A DNA stretch of 61,584 bases, filler included, from Basidiobolus ranarum (GCA_040143965.1; 11 parts of 11 records of this genome joined end to end with filler, not necessarily neighbours in it); one strand, 5' to 3'. Positions 27,273 through 39,856 are shown, counted from the whole stretch's first letter. The notes: generated from the letters alone by a model not told the origin. A program made the numbers and translations.

Positions 27273-27618
27273 TGTTAAAATGTTTTGAGAGCCTGTTAGC
27301 AGTGGTTTGGAGAACATGATAGATTGATCATTGTCACTCATTGCTTTAGCCAGTAGAAAGTTGACATTCATAGTTTCTTCAAGATATAACTAAGCAAATT
27401 TATAGAATTTGTTAAGGAAGGTCTCATGAACATATGTGCAAAGCTTAAGGCTTCTAGCACAAGTTTAAAAATATGTATATTTGAGAACTTCTGAATTGGT
27501 AAAATATTCTATGTAAACTCCAATTGAGGACAATGGCTAATATTTAGTGAAATATAAGATAACTAAGTACTAAGCTATATATGACTATATAGTTGTTGAG
27601 GCAATGCTAATTTTAACA
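27273..27618 (-). mobile_element. LTR family A copy, inverted relative to 26662-27008
   Basis: tgttaaaatgttttgagagcctg...gaggcaatgctaattttaaca. Confidence 0.75.
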
Positions 27619-27639
27619 CCTGCAGCAAGTGTGTAAAGC

Positions 27640-27855
27640 TTGGGGCTAATTTCAACACTCTCCCTCACCTAAATAGTCATATAAACTTATCCTAAGGAAG
27701 GTCTAAATTTCTCAAATTTCTGCCTTGCCAATGGTTTGGTTGATATATTAGGACTCATATCTTTGGTAGAACAATAGGTTCAGTCAATAAATTTATTTTC
27801 CATAGTCTCTCCAATGAAATAATGTCTAATAACAGTATGTTTGCTTCTATTCCCT
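27640..27855 (-). mobile_element. Ty1/copia RNase H C-terminal relic + polypurine tract + start of 3' LTR (family A)
   Basis: Minus strand RSKHTVIRHYFIGE...YCSTKDM..ISTKPLARQKFEKFRPSLG* (cf. copia RSKHIDIRYHFIRE...ADIFTKPL...F..FR..LG), followed by GAGGGAGAG|TGTTGAAATTAGC. Confidence 0.8.
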
Positions 27856-27879
27856 AACAAAATAAAATCAAGTTGATCT

Positions 27880-27972
27880 GGATTCTGGCTGACAGATATC
27901 AATCATAACTTCAGGTGCACCTTTTACAAAAACTTCCATAGAAGAACTGCCGAATCGCTTGACGATCACACT
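27880..27972 (-). pseudogene. Fragment of P5B-type ATPase (Ypk9/ATP13A-like) nucleotide-binding domain
   Basis: SVIVKRFGSSSMEVFVKGAPEVMIDICQPES (MSVIV...KGAPE..IC motif); truncated by the contig end and followed by the copia relic. Confidence 0.65.
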
Positions 27973-29231
27973 NNNNNNNNNNNNNNNNNNNNNNNNNNNN
28001 NNNNNNNNNNNNNNNNTTAATTAATTAANNNNNNNNNNNNNNNNNNNNNNNNNNNNNNNNNNNNNNNNNNNNGTGATGCAGCATGGTTGTCATCCTTCAC
28101 GTGACTCGCACAAGAGATTATTTTTCTGGCATAGATTAGTGCACACTTGTCACACAAAACAACTTAGAGCCTTCCGTGCACATATAGCAAAAGATGCATA
28201 TAGAGATATTGAGGCATTGAGACATTACTAAACACAGTATCGAATCATTCACCATTCAAAACCAAGTCAATCAGATCAGTAATATTTGTAAGAGCATCCA
28301 ATAATAAATAGTGACACCATGTCTTATATTATTCCACCATACAAAGGTTAAAATCGTTATTGAGGCTCTATGTGACCATTATGATCGCATGATCTGACCC
28401 GTTATTGATGTGCTGAATCTGAATAGCCAATGCTTAGCTATATGGGAGACGCTGTCACTTGCAGATCTGGTAAGTGTGCGTGTATCAAGCCCATTCTTGT
28501 GCTTAATGGAAGAAGGCTTTGTGGATTCGAAATCCGTGTTGTTGAAAGTAAGCATTGAATTGAGTAACAAGTTAAGGATTGAAGGAGCAATTCGTAGTGT
28601 TACATACTGATTTGATGGCTACACATATCTATAATTTTCTTTATCGGGTGAATTACGGGTCCAGCTCAGTAATGATCATGAACGGCGAGGTCGCTTACCA
28701 ATGGTAAATGGTTAAAACGGTCACATAGCCCCAAAAGGATTCTTTGCCATCGTGGATAAGAGTTGTTTTGAGTGAGGGTTTATTCTATTGTGAGTTGAAG
28801 ATGCATTCGATTCGTATTCAATCTGGTATCCGGTTTGTTTTGGTAAGGCACTGCAAATATCTACTTTAGGTCTAGGTTATTTACCATTGCTTCACCTACA
28901 TGTCTCGGACCAGTCAGAGGTAATATTCACAGGAGAAATAGCGTAGAGAAAAATAGTAGCCGAATTTCCGACTCGGCTTTATTTACAATGATGATCAATA
29001 AGGTAAGTGCCATTCAAATCTACTGATTAACCTTCATTCACATGGCATTTCATATCATTTTTGGATAACATATTCAGCAGACATTCCTTTAACACTCTAC
29101 TCCGCCCTATACTGAAATAAAATCTCTCTGTTTTCTTAAAACAAAGCTGCGGGAACGCCAATTCAATCATTCACAAATCTACGAAGATACTTTTTACAAT
29201 TCTCGAAATGACCAACATTCTATTCTAATCA

Positions 29232-29870
29232 TCACCAGATGGAGTTTTTTAATAATAACAAGCCTGTGAACGTTATGATGGATTTAGTTACGGGAGAGTC
29301 AGAAACCTTCCTTAGCATGACTAGCTGAGCTAACTTTTCGAATCCCTTTTGGTTTGCTTGGTGCCTAAGGTTAAGTTCAGTTGAAGATCCAGAACCCTCG
29401 TGAAACGGGGAAGGTAGTAACGAGGAACTCCAGAAATACTGAGCAACCAGGTTCATATTGTGGGTCGTAAAGCAGCGAAGGTGAGATGCATATTCAAAGT
29501 CCCAGAAGTAGTCTACGCCATTCACTTCAAATCCATAGATACCACGAGAAAATTTTGGACGTAGGAACTTCATGTCAATCGGATATATTTGACTCTTAAT
29601 GGACATATAGCCTAAGAGTCCACGACTTTTGGCCTGGTATAGAAGCCTTCTATTAGGGGCATCGTAAAATTGAGTGTTTTTTGAAAGGAATTTACGCTTC
29701 GATTTAAGAATATATTGTATTTCATTATCAACAAGAATATTCAATGTATTAGACCCTATCCCACGTTCAATAGTACATAGCTCCATGTGATCAGAGCTTC
29801 GGTTTGTTTTCACACTGTTGGTACTACGAGATGAATATCTCTTTGATCTTGAACTCTTCCTTTTAGACAT
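29232..29870 (-). CDS. Hypothetical 212-aa protein, basic N-terminus, possible tubby-C/LURP-like beta fold
   Basis: Intact intronless ORF; YGFEVNGVDYFW...LVAQY...C-terminal hydrophobic helix pattern. The fold assignment is inference. Confidence 0.6.
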   Translation of the reverse strand: MSKRKSSRSKRYSSRSTNSVKTNRSSDHMELCTIERGIGSNTLNILVDNEIQYILKSKRKFLSKNTQFYDAPNRRLLYQAKSRGLLGYMSIKSQIYPIDMKFLRPKFSRGIYGFEVNGVDYFWDFEYASHLRCFTTHNMNLVAQYFWSSSLLPSPFHEGSGSSTELNLRHQANQKGFEKLAQLVMLRKVSDSPVTKSIITFTGLLLLKNSIW

Positions 29871-30891
29871 TATGGTTAGGGTGGGTGTGGTGGTTGAGTG
29901 TATTGGTGTTGTGAAGGTATTAAGGTATAGCGACCAGTTTAGTAGAGGCAGTCAGGTAAAAATGTACCAAAACTACTGACGTGATGTAGGGGCAATACGA
30001 GCTTAAATATTCGGCCCCAGAGATATAATATATTCACCATAACACACAAGAGCATAAGTGAATAATATACCCACCATGGCCATTTGTAAAGAAAAAGTTC
30101 ATTGAATAATACAAACTGGCTATATCGGGTTTCAATAACATTAATTTGCTTCGAAATCAGATAGAGGAGGATCAATTCAGATAATACCAGTAGTAAATGC
30201 ATTGTTAGACAGACAATCATACTGATGGACTTACGATGGCTAAGCCTTATTCCAACAATACTGCCAACTTGTTCTAAATCGCTAACTAGGTTGTACCAAC
30301 TGGTTCTAAATCTTCAAAACATCTCTCGATGCAACAGGTAGGGCTGATGTTAGTTGGTTATTTTAATTGAAGCTGCCATTGACATATTTCATATCACAAA
30401 CGCCACTCAATGGGGATTATTAGACACTCGCTTTAAAAGTACAAAGCAATGAATTGTTGCACACACAATGAGATAACCTAATATTTGAATCAAATAATCG
30501 TTGTAAGAGACATACGAAATTAGTCCAAGCAATTCCCTCGGAGTATCGGATCCAATTTAGAGGTATTGGAGTAGGTATTGGGATAATATTGCATGATTAC
30601 GTGTATGCTACAGTATTTTAGGTTGGGTTTGGGTCGTTCTTATTGAAAAATATTTTGAAAGGCTTTTTCCTGTCCACCGTATATCTTCATATCTCTATTC
30701 CTCCCTCACTCTTGTTAGAATTTAGCAGAGTGATTAGTAAAAAGAAGATCGATCGATTTATTAGGGAGTAAACAATATATGTATGATTATTGATTACAGG
30801 ATTTATTTTATTTATATCAATATAATGAGAATGTATGACTATCTTCCTTAAACTTGTGTAAGCTTTCAAACGTCAAGTCTAACCCTTTGTG

Positions 30892-33157
30892 ATGACTGTT
30901 CTTATCATACTCGCAACTAAATTAGAAACACATCTTGAAAAGGATATAAAGGTTAGATACACCGTTACTATCTACAACCTGGTCCCTCACTAACTGGATT
31001 CATTTATGTTAAGACACGTTACGATCCTATCTCATTAAAGTTTCGTGGTTTACCCAAAGCCCTGCTTCCAATTTCAGGAGATTCAACTATAACCAGGCTG
31101 TATAAAGTTCTAGGAAAGCACTTTAACAAAGTTTATGTGGTTACCAATGCACACAAGTAAGCCCTAATAGATTTTCATAATCATATGAAGTACTGCTGAT
31201 TTTTCTTTTAAATAGTTACAAGATCTATGAACGCTGGGCTTACGACCATCACCTTCATATAAATTGCGTCGTTAATAATGGAGTCGTTTCACTTGAAAAG
31301 TAAGTTTATTTACAAGATGTTTCATGTTCGAGATTAAGTGATACTCATACCGCGAATTAGTATAGATCCCAGAGCTGACGTAGAGTTTGTGGTTCGTGTT
31401 CGCAATATTCAAGAAGCAATATTTGTCGTGGAGTCCAATCACATGGCGATTCCTGATGATTTAGAGAATATGCTTGATATCATCAAAAGCGAAAATGAAA
31501 ATATTTTGTTTTGTGAGCCAATCGCTAATTATGATTTACACAAGTCTTTGAGAGCTCGAAAATTCTACTTCAATACGAATACCAAGCATCTGGTCGATAT
31601 CATAGCACATGACCGCCATATCAAAGATCCTGGCTTATCCCAGGTAATAGGCTGCGTGTCTGGGTACTACATCACCCAAGAAGCACTTCAAGACATTGTC
31701 GAACAAACCAAAAACCACGAAAGAAATAGAGCATCTATGGAAGAGATTCTCCCTCATTCTCGGGAACTATATCAACAATTGAAAGTCAATGTTAAAATAA
31801 TTGAGAATCCTCTAGTCGGTTGGAAAAGTCAGGATATGGATTTTAATGAGTATTTCAATTTGTGGTACAATGCACTTATCGATAATCGGAGGGATATCTT
31901 TGATTCATTCGAGCCTGTTACTGTCAAGACTTATGCACGCGTTGGTTTGATGGGGAATCCTAGTGACGGGTATTTTGGAAAAACCCTAAGTCTAACCATC
32001 GGGAACTTCTGGGCCACCGCTATTTTATTACCCAAGTCATCCTACGAACCATTCGCTCGAGGAGTTGAAATTTGTTTTAATTCGTTATGCGATCCGTTGA
32101 CTTTTGAATCTCTTCACAGCCTTTCCCGGGTGTGTAAGACTGATGGTTACCAAGGTGCCTACCAGCTAGTTCTGGCTACTTGCAAAGTGTTTTGGACATA
32201 TTGTAAAAGGAACCGCATTAATCTCCCGAGGAAGGCTGGTTTTCGAATCCTGTACGAGACCAACATTCCAAGACAAGTTGGGCTTGCCGGTAGCTCTGCT
32301 ATCATCACCTCACTGCTCAAAGCGTTGATGATGTATTATAATGTCGAGGATAAAATCCCTACGGAAATCCAACCTACTCTGATCCTTGCTGTTGAACGAG
32401 ATGAATTGAATCTGAATGCAGGACTTCAAGATCGCGTAGTACAAACATATGGTGGCTTAGTATACATGGATTTTGATCAAAAACACATGGTAAAAAACCA
32501 TTATGGTATCTACCAGACGCTACCACTTTCGTCACTTCCCTCAAACATGTACCTAGCCTATCTGAACAAGTCTGAATCCTCTGGTAACATCTCTTAATCT
32601 TTCCATTACACACCAACTCCATCACTCAAATTTCATTTATCCAAAGGGGCTGGACATAGTTCAGTTAGGGCACGGTGGGATGCTGGTGATCGAGAGGTAT
32701 AGGATTGTTATCATTGAGGAAATGAATTTGACTAGTAACATTTTACTCTAAGGTTGTAGAGGCCATGAGTACTCTCGCTTCTTATGCTGAACAGGCGAAG
32801 AATATGTTGATGGATAAAAAGCTATCTAAACTCCCAGCCTTGATGACTTCCAATTTCCAACTCCGACGCAAGATACACGGTGACGCTGTGATTGGATCCC
32901 AAAATTTACGTATGATAGAGATTGCTGAAGGTCATGGATTTGCTGCCAAGTTCGCCGGGAGTGGTGGTGCTATCATCATGCTATACAAACAAAACGTTAG
33001 TGACCCTAATGAAGAGCGCCTAGCGGCCAGACGACTTGAAAATGCGCTACAAATGGAAGGTTAGTTATCAACAATGAAAATCATTTGAATTTCTAGGCTA
33101 ATTTGTGTATCTGTAGATTTCGTATTCTGTAAAATCGTTCCCACTCATAATGATTGA
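30892..33157 (+). CDS. Glucuronokinase (GHMP kinase) with N-terminal nucleotidyltransferase-like domain (GKUP-like fusion), multi-exon
   Basis: N-terminal GLPKALLPISG, VYVVTNAH|YKIYERWA; kinase ARVGLMGNPSDGYFGKT, TNIPRQVGLAGSSA, AGLQDRVVQTYGGLVYMDF, AAKFAGSGGA. Confidence 0.88.
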
Positions 33158-33369
33158 GTAGCATATGAATAGATTTGACGTAATCCACCCAGCGCTCTTG
33201 AAAAAAAAAAGATTAGAAAAATCCATCTATAAATGATTTTATTAGTATTAGTATTGGATGTGTTGTTTAACAGGTATCTTTGTATAATTTATAAAATTTA
33301 ACTATCAATGCCTAGGATGATCAAATCCAAATAAACATTGACTTTGTATCGGGATTGTAGTTGGAATAT

Positions 33370-33582
33370 TCAAAGAATTTCTAAGTTGGTAAAAATATTC
33401 CAAGTAAATTCCAATTGAGAATAATTGATAATATCTTGGTGAATTATAAGATAACTAAGTACTAAGCTATGTATGACTATATAGGTGTTTAGGCAATGCT
33501 AATTTCAACACTCTCCCTCAACTAAATAGTCATATAAACTAATCCTAATAAAGGTCTAAATTTCTCAAATTTCTGTCTAGCT
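33370..33582 (-). mobile_element. Copia 3' end: RNase H tail, PPT and partial 3' LTR (family A)
   Basis: Minus strand ...KFEKFRPLLGLVYMTI*, GAGGGAGAG PPT, then TGTTGAAATTAGCATTGCC; same as 27640-27730. Confidence 0.8.
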
Positions 33583-34419
33583 NNNNNNNNNNNNNNNNNN
33601 NNNNNNNNNNNNNNNNNNNNNNNNNNTTAATTAATTAANNNNNNNNNNNNNNNNNNNNNNNNNNNNNNNNNNNNNNNNNNNNAAAGATTGCAAATATTTG
33701 GGGTATTCAGTCTTGCTTTGGACTTATTCCATTGTACCAGGATTTATCAGACCTTGGATCAATATATTTGAGTAAATGTGATTGAAATTGATCATGCCAG
33801 AGGGTGCTGGATAGTGCCAAATTGTGCCGCATAAATTTTGGAATACTTTATCCAATATGATATATACAGCACAATCTGGCACTATCATAGAGAACAAGTC
33901 CTTTATGTACCCTTTTAAATAGTGACTGTGAATCAATCATTGGTATACTTCGCAGATTATATGGGTTAGGAGATAATTCGACATGAATTAAAATTATTGT
34001 GAAAACCCCACCTCACAGTCAATCCTGATTTAGATCTCGATTCACGTTGGAATATCATTTTCTATTATGGGAAATTGTCATGGTACATATGATGGATTTT
34101 TCCCAACAAAAGTTTGGTGACACATGGGAATGTGGGGAGTAATGGGGATAAGTGGGACAATACTGGGAAACGCTAAATTGTGAAGCTTGAATTCAATATC
34201 TTAAACAATAAATTATTTACTGCTCAGAATTAAAAGCATGGTAAACTAGCGCTTGCTCGGGGTTACCATTTGACATGATCGGTATCTAATGAGATGAACT
34301 ATACATGACTCTGTTCTAAATTGATTTTCTTTTGAGGTTATTCAACAGTGACACTTACCTTGGTCACGTTTAAAATCCTAGGTCTTTGGATTCCCGGTTT
34401 CTTCTCACTGATATTCCGT

Positions 34420-35210
34420 AAAAGTCAAGAGCTGCGAACTCATAATAAAGAAGTGAACGTTCTAGACCCTTATACCGTCCATAATACTTTGGTTTGGATG
34501 TCGTAGCATTCATGTCAACATATCTACCAATCCTTTAACATTCTTAAATTTGGATGTCAATCCTGAATGAGCTATATTATCGCTGGTGGCTATAGTTTCG
34601 ATACAGTCACTGTGCATAAGTGAAAACATTCTCTCAAGCCACCGTCGGAGAAATTTCCCAATATTTCATCAAAATCACTCGTCAATTCTTCCCGTGCCAA
34701 CTCTGGATATGAACACTGTTAACGGTCTAAACCCGTATAGAGCTTCGAAAAGGGTTAATGCGATGGCTATCTCGGGTTTATGATTAAGATCTTTGTAAAG
34801 GTCGGGATGTTCTGCGAAGAAAGGTGGTGCCAATTTCTTATCTGGATAAGATTGAATCGATAGTGCCTTACTGATAGATACTACTTTGAAGATGGCAGGC
34901 AGTTCACTTTCGTACTATTAATACGCCTCCTCTGTGAGCAGTTCCACTCTTTCGATGATTAATTTTTCTCGATGTGACCTCGTTTCCGGGAGAAATGGCG
35001 ATAGATGGCGCGTTGAGATGGGTGTCTATCCATAACCAAACTTTTTAAGAATCGACGTAAATAAAGGAAGAAAATGAATCTTCTGTCCTCCCTCCCCTAA
35101 GAAAATATCTGTTTCTATGTTGAACTCTGAAATAGATTATGGACTACTCTAATTTTATCCCTTAACTTTCTACACTGATAACTTGAAGCTCGGCACTGTA
35201 GCTAGGAAAT
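34420..35210 (-). pseudogene. Mannose-6-phosphate isomerase (type I PMI) pseudogene
   Basis: [92 protein letters not shown]. Metal-binding QAH changed to QSY, large internal deletion, stops. Confidence 0.8.
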
Positions 35211-35718
35211 TTGGTTGTACTGTTGAGAGGGCATATAGATTCTATTGAAACGTGAATGAATTCGAGAAATTGATTTGATCTATATATATCTATATATATT
35301 TATATCACTTATTGAGTAGTTACCTGCTGCTTATCACTACTTGATTCAGCTATATGTCAGGTCAACAATTGCGCATGAGTGTAACAAAGGTGATATTAAA
35401 AGGGTAATTCGGATACGATACGAATACTCACAAATATGGATTCTATTTATGTCTTATAATTAGTCCAAATATAGAGAAAACATCTCAAGGCTTTACACCC
35501 TAATCAACTATTTGCATCAGTATTGGTTATAGTTATGACGAAGTGAGATCCAAAATAACTGGTCCCTAGTATACCTTGAGAATATCCATTACTTCCTCGT
35601 TACAAAGAGTTTGGCTGTAACGAAGGAAAATAACCACACGAATAGATACATATGTATTGAATGAGCAAAAATGCTTGGTGATTTATTAGTTATAATATAG
35701 AAATGAATATTGATTGAT

Positions 35719-36308
35719 TTATTTGGTCATCTATTGAAAGAGAATTACTTGGGTTAGTAAGAGAGTCATAAAGTTAAAGTAGGTTTATTCCAACATTACC
35801 ATCATCTTGACGAATTCGTCATAGTTGATTTGACCATCACCATCAACATCAGCTTCACGGATCATCTCATCAACCTCCTCATCAGATAGTTTCTCTCCAA
35901 GGTTGGTCATGACGTGACGTAGTTCAGCAGCGGAAATGAAACCGTTACCATCTTTATCAAAAACCTTGAAGGCTTCCTTGATCTCTTCTTCAGAGTCGGT
36001 ATCCTTCATCTTGCGAGCCATCAAAGTCAAGAACTCGGTGAAGTCAATTTGACCGTTACCGTCAGCATCAATCTCGCTAACCATATCTTGTAATTCGGCT
36101 TCAGTAGGGTTTTGTCCGAGAGAACGCATAACAGTTCCTAATTCCTTGGTGGTGATGCTGCCATCACCATCTTTGTCAAAAAGAGAGAAAGCTTCCTTGA
36201 ACTCAGCAATTTGCTCTTCGTTGAGTTGGGTGGCCTATGTTGGAGATAAATCAAGAGAATTAATAATGATATGGAGGTGATATGCGTAGGTTCCATGGTA
36301 CTTACCAT
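35719..36308 (-). CDS. CMD1: Calmodulin (149 aa; ATG-only first exon, 12-nt last exon)
   Basis: [26 protein letters not shown]...four EF hands...EFVKMM|MTK*. Confidence 0.98.
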
Positions 36309-36738
36309 AATGTTAGAAATGGTTAGAGTAAAAGTAAAAGGATGGAAATCGTTCGTCACCTTTATAAAAAATGGATTACCTGATTTCCAGGGCCACTTTA
36401 GATTCAATGGTCGAGTTCAATATCGCCGGGGCCTTTGCCAATTATAAACACCATTCTCACCATATAGTGGGTTCGTGTATTTTCTTATTGGATTTAACAT
36501 TTAAAGAACTTTAATTCTTAACCTTGAGTCTAATCTAAATGCTGTCTTATCTTGTTCTACCCGGCACTCTCTCATGATTGGCTTTCACAGATTGTGTAAA
36601 TTCATTCACTACATCCCGATATGTTTCACCAATATCACGTGACCATGAGAATTACTCTGATTGATGTTGAAGAATATGTTTATTTGGGTCGAGGGTAAGG
36701 GTTAGGTGAAGCGGTGGGCTGGGAGTGAGAGAAATAAA

Positions 36739-37967
36739 TTAGTTGGCTTCAGCGGGGGTCACTGGGGTGGACTTTTCATTGACTAGAGGATCAACGTCGG
36801 TTGGCTTTCTGTTGTGTTTCTTCTTCTCTTTCTTAACTTTAACGGGAGCCACGGGAGCTGGGTATGCGAGATCGGCCAGTTTTCTCAATTCAGGATCCTC
36901 AAAGACCTTACGAATAGGCTCCAACATATTATTTAACACTTGAATGACGGATTTTTTCAAATCACCTGGATGAATTTCTTTGTTTGCGAATTGCTTTTCT
37001 AATTCCTCGTATTCAGTGTAAACAACGTTTCCACCATATTGTTCTGGACGTAAAATGGTGAAACTAGGTTCTTTTCCATTCAATGAACTAATGGGTAAAA
37101 GAACATATTTCACGAAACTAAGCACTCCGTTCTCCGTGACATTTCCTTCTTCACAGAATGCCTTTTTGATCTTCTTTTCCACTGTCTTTGGTTCATCCAA
37201 AAGATCAAGCTTGGAGTCGACATCAGAGGCACTCATTTTGCTACCAGTTAAACCGGGCACCATTGGGTTCATCAAGTGAGCACGCTTTTTGTATCCAAGG
37301 TGTGGCAAGTATTTCTCTGCAAATGTGAAGATTTTACGTTGATCTACACCACCAAATTGGGCATCGACTCCGAGGTACTCCTCATCGAGTGCTTGTAATC
37401 CAGGATAGAGTAAACCACTGAGGAGTGCGGAATCTACTTGTTTAACTACCTCAGCACCTGCTTTTTTGGCGTCATGCTCGGTTACAGTAGCACAAAGTCG
37501 GTAATTGTCCATGTTGAACTCTTTAGTTAGTTGATAAGAAGAACCAACAACAAAACGAAGTTTATCTAAAGGTACACCCAAGGAAGTAAGCATAGCTTTA
37601 ATCAAAGCTTCATAATATTTGGTACGGTATTCGACCAACTCTAAAGGTGCCTTCATGTTATCCAAGAATGCATGAATGTCGGCAAAAAGAATGGTGACCT
37701 GAAAAAAGAACCAAGAGTTATTTAAAGTGGAAAAAAAGAACCAAATTCGTTCATAAAACTACTCACATCACAACCCGCAGAAAGGAAATCCGCAACTTTG
37801 GTCATAGGTACGAAGTAACCAATGTGAGGTTTACCGGTGGGTGCAGTACCCCAGTAGAGCTTCAGATCACGCTCAGCCAAAATCTTCTTGATTTCCTCTT
37901 CACCGAGAACTTCTTGTAAGTTCCGTTTGATAATGTCTAATCTTTGTTCAACGGTTAAATTGGACAT
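36739..37967 (-). CDS. TYS1: Cytosolic tyrosyl-tRNA synthetase (2 exons)
   Basis: [15 protein letters not shown] (HIGH), [13 protein letters not shown] (KMSKS); intron ~37700-37766. Confidence 0.97.
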
Positions 37968-39013
37968 TTTTCTGTAGGGCTTCTATGACGTTAGAAACTG
38001 AACTGTGACTAACGTTGAGGAAGTAGATTTAAACCAGTTGATGAAAAAAAATGATTGGCTTAAACGAATTGATTGGTAGATATCACTAATAGCATTGATT
38101 TATCAACCATGCTTTCGTGGTAGTCATTATGAATACTTGAGGGATGGGCTGTGCATATTGTACTATGGTGCTAGATGGCTTAGCCTCTAAAGTATCTTGT
38201 TTTGTTGCACATAGAGTACCTGTAGAAGAATATTCTATACTGCACGTCCTAGCAATAGCTGTTTCTTCCTAAGCATGACTATTTTACGCGATTGGGAACA
38301 CATAGAGTGAGAAATTTGGGCTCAATACTTTCTTTATTTGACTTGAGAATCGTGTTTCGGCGTACCTAATGCACCTGGCTGTGCGAGAGTTGTAAGGAGT
38401 AAAAGGTTTATTTACTCCATTTGGACCACCCTCAGTACAAACAAACTTTCTATGACTGTCATTTATTTTCGTATTCTTTAGACCAAACAGCTCAGAAGTA
38501 TCCATAAATTCTATCATTTGTTGCGCAATCAAGCCAACACATATAAATCTTCTCAGTACTCATCCTTGCTGTGTAAAGTAATTCTTGATGAAAAACTTGG
38601 CCAGAACAACAATAATCTCAGGATTGCTAACTCACCTCATTTGATTGTAGGATTAGCTAACCCTTAGATCTTAGTTACGTTGTTCTGGCCAGAGTTGCTC
38701 TGTCGTCCCATATCTCCTTTTATGCTATTCAATCGACAGGTCACGTGATTTATGTTTGCATGAAAAAGAGTTTGATCGATATATCCGATGAAATGTTTCT
38801 TCCTGAAGATCCAGTAACTAGATAACATGCTAATTCTCCACTTAGTGGCGTTACAAATACTCACTCTGCTTACACTTACGGTAGTTGGGGTACAACTTCA
38901 ACAAACACTTGGTCTTAATAGTGCAATAACAATAAACGAATGTTATCTTAAATGTGCAATAGTCGCATAGTTTATTTGTTTCGATTTTAGGTAAATTCCA
39001 TAATCTATATGAT

Positions 39014-39190
39014 TTAGGCCTTACCAGCAGACTTGGCGAGAGACTTTTGCTTCTTAAGAGTAGCGGCTTGGGACTTAGCTCCCATGATACCACCACCCCA
39101 GTGCTTGCGGACTTCGTCATATTTCTCGTTGTAGTTAGCCTTGACAGAGTCAACCAACTTGGCGAGATCAGCCTTATCTTCATCACGGAT
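39014..39190 (-). CDS. RPL8: 60S ribosomal protein L8/L7a (eL8), C-terminal fragment
   Basis: Frame not shown in the ORF track: [42 protein letters not shown]...*. Confidence 0.95.
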   Translation of the reverse strand: MRDEDKADLAKLVDSVKANYNEKYDEVRKHWGGGIMGAKSQAATLKKQKSLAKSAGKA

Positions 39191-39290
39191 NNNNNNNNNN
39201 NNNNNNNNNNNNNNNNNNNNNNNNNNNNNNNNNNTTAATTAATTAANNNNNNNNNNNNNNNNNNNNNNNNNNNNNNNNNNNNNNNNNNNN

Positions 39291-39856
39291 GGTTTGATTT
39301 GTGCACTTCCAAGGCTCTTAATAACTTTATATGTATCGCCTCACCACCTGAGGGCCAAAAAGTCTACGATTCCGAAACCATTCATGCCACTCTGATGACG
39401 GCTTACTCCAGCTTTGCTGCAGCAAGGTCACAATCCTATCAAAAGTGTGGGTATAACCCAGCCAGAGAGCAGTTTCCTTCCATGGAGAACATGGATTTAC
39501 CTGAAAGGCCCTCTGTTGTCATCCATACTGGGGCTGGGGGGACAGGCAAGCGAGCTGGGAATCGAGTGCTTATGCATCTGATTCAAATGTTGGCGGCAAG
39601 ATTAGCTGGAATCGATCGAATCGTGTTCCATTCATGTGTAATGGAGAATACTAACGCATTCATAGAAGCGGAGCGATTGTATGATACTGTTTGGAATCGA
39701 TTTGTTAACAACCGATCAGAGAAAGAGCAGACTTCTGGAATATCGTCTGATTCCATGGCTCAGATTATCATGTCTTTAAAGGACTTCCTATGGCAAAATT
39801 CAGACCCTAATGAGAAAAAAGGCACCTCAAAATGGCTCTTTGGTAATTGGTCTTAA
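39291..39856 (+). CDS. PARG/macrodomain-like protein, C-terminal part (5'-truncated)
   Basis: NFICIASP...TAYSSFAAA...VVIHTGAGGTGKRAGNRVLMHLIQMLAARLAGIDRIVFH resembles the PARG catalytic C-terminus (TGxWGCGAFGG.....IQ.LAA..A). Confidence 0.6.

Noticed and set aside
28073-28680. Short ORFs 28379-28610
   Set aside because: No motif, coding bias or convincing splice model.
38851-39186. 111-aa ORF in the track
   Set aside because: Wrong frame; the real product is the RPL8 C-terminus in another frame.
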